Source: an uncultured delta proteobacterium | GTDB taxonomy: Bacteria > Desulfobacterota > Binatia > UBA9968 | Direction: 5' to 3' | Assembly (NCBI GenBank): GCA_963804165.1 | Contig: CAWDPO010000006.1 | Coordinates: 128,001-192,000, forward strand | DNA length: 64,000 nt | Shown: positions 63,496 through 64,000 of the stretch, piece after piece | Layout of the letters: each line of letters starts with the position of its first letter | How positions within the stretch are numbered: position 1 is the stretch's first letter | Notes under the pieces: model-generated | Databases searched by the model: none | What the model was told of the DNA's origin: nothing | The model's input: only the letters and a program-made list of their open reading frames with translations | Translations under genes and position numbers: made by a program

Positions 63496-64000
63496 TCACG
63501 CGAGCTCCCGCAGTACCGCCCGGCACGGCGCGCCGTCCGATCCCGCGAGCTTCACCGGCGGACAGAATAGTTCGTACCGACCGGGCGGCACTTCGGACAA
63601 ATCGACGCCTTCGAGCAGGATCACGCCGTGATCGAGAAACGCGCGGTGTACCGGTACCTGTTCATTAGCCGCCGCTGCCGACAGGTAATCCAATCCCACC
63701 AATTTCAAACCGAGATCAACCAGCGCCTTCGCGCCGTCGACGGAAAAAGGCGCGAAGCTCGGATCGTACTCGCCTTTTTTCAATAAACTTGAATTCCGTG
63801 TCTTGAACAAAACTCGCGTCTCGCCTTGCAGCTCAGCCTTTGCAACATCCGCCGCAGTAATACGCGTGCCAGCTTCAACAGCGCAAACCCGCGCAGGACC
63901 GATGAAGGTTTCCAGCGGAAGCGCCTCGATCGTGACACCGTCGGGCACGAAATGAAACGGCGCGTCGACGTGGGTGCCGGCGTGGACACTCGTGTGAATC
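63496..64000 (-). CDS. cyclase family (kynurenine formamidase-like) protein, 5' end outside the window
   Basis: H.GTHVDAPFHF, VGLDYLS, VHRAFL and GSDGAPCRAVL motifs. Confidence 0.88.
   Translation of the reverse strand, partial: IHTSVHAGTHVDAPFHFVPDGVTIEALPLETFIGPARVCAVEAGTRITAADVAKAELQGETRVLFKTRNSSLLKKGEYDPSFAPFSVDGAKALVDLGLKLVGLDYLSAAAANEQVPVHRAFLDHGVILLEGVDLSEVPPGRYELFCPPVKLAGSDGAPCRAVLRELA

Overview
This is a GC-rich bacterial chromosomal segment dominated by transport and catabolic genes. It holds about 13 NitT/TauT-type ABC substrate-binding proteins (SBPs), 2 iron/polyamine-type SBPs and 2 TctC/Bug SBPs, with no ABC importer permease. It also carries tctA/tctB, LigAB- and gentisate-dioxygenase-like ring-cleavage enzymes, luciferase-like monooxygenases, hydrolases and a hybrid sensor kinase. 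The gene content resembles Candidatus Binatia-type genomes (inference only). No rRNA, tRNA, CRISPR array, integrase or transposase was seen. Main points of interest: (1) a CMD/AhpD-like gene with an in-frame TGA at a CxxU motif followed by a SECIS-like hairpin, probably a selenoprotein; (2) an integrase-less, integron-like cassette stretch at 29.4-31.4 kb with two copies of an attI-like motif, a degenerate attC, a Tat-signal double ClpX-zinc-finger gene, DUF4288 and a toxin-antitoxin pair; (3) two independent cases of a single gene sitting between a gene's 3' end and a second copy of that 3' end; (4) several families of MITE/REP-like and TTGAAC micro-repeats. About nine small frameshifts in otherwise intact genes suggest sequencing or assembly indels. 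Product calls come from motif recognition, not database searches.
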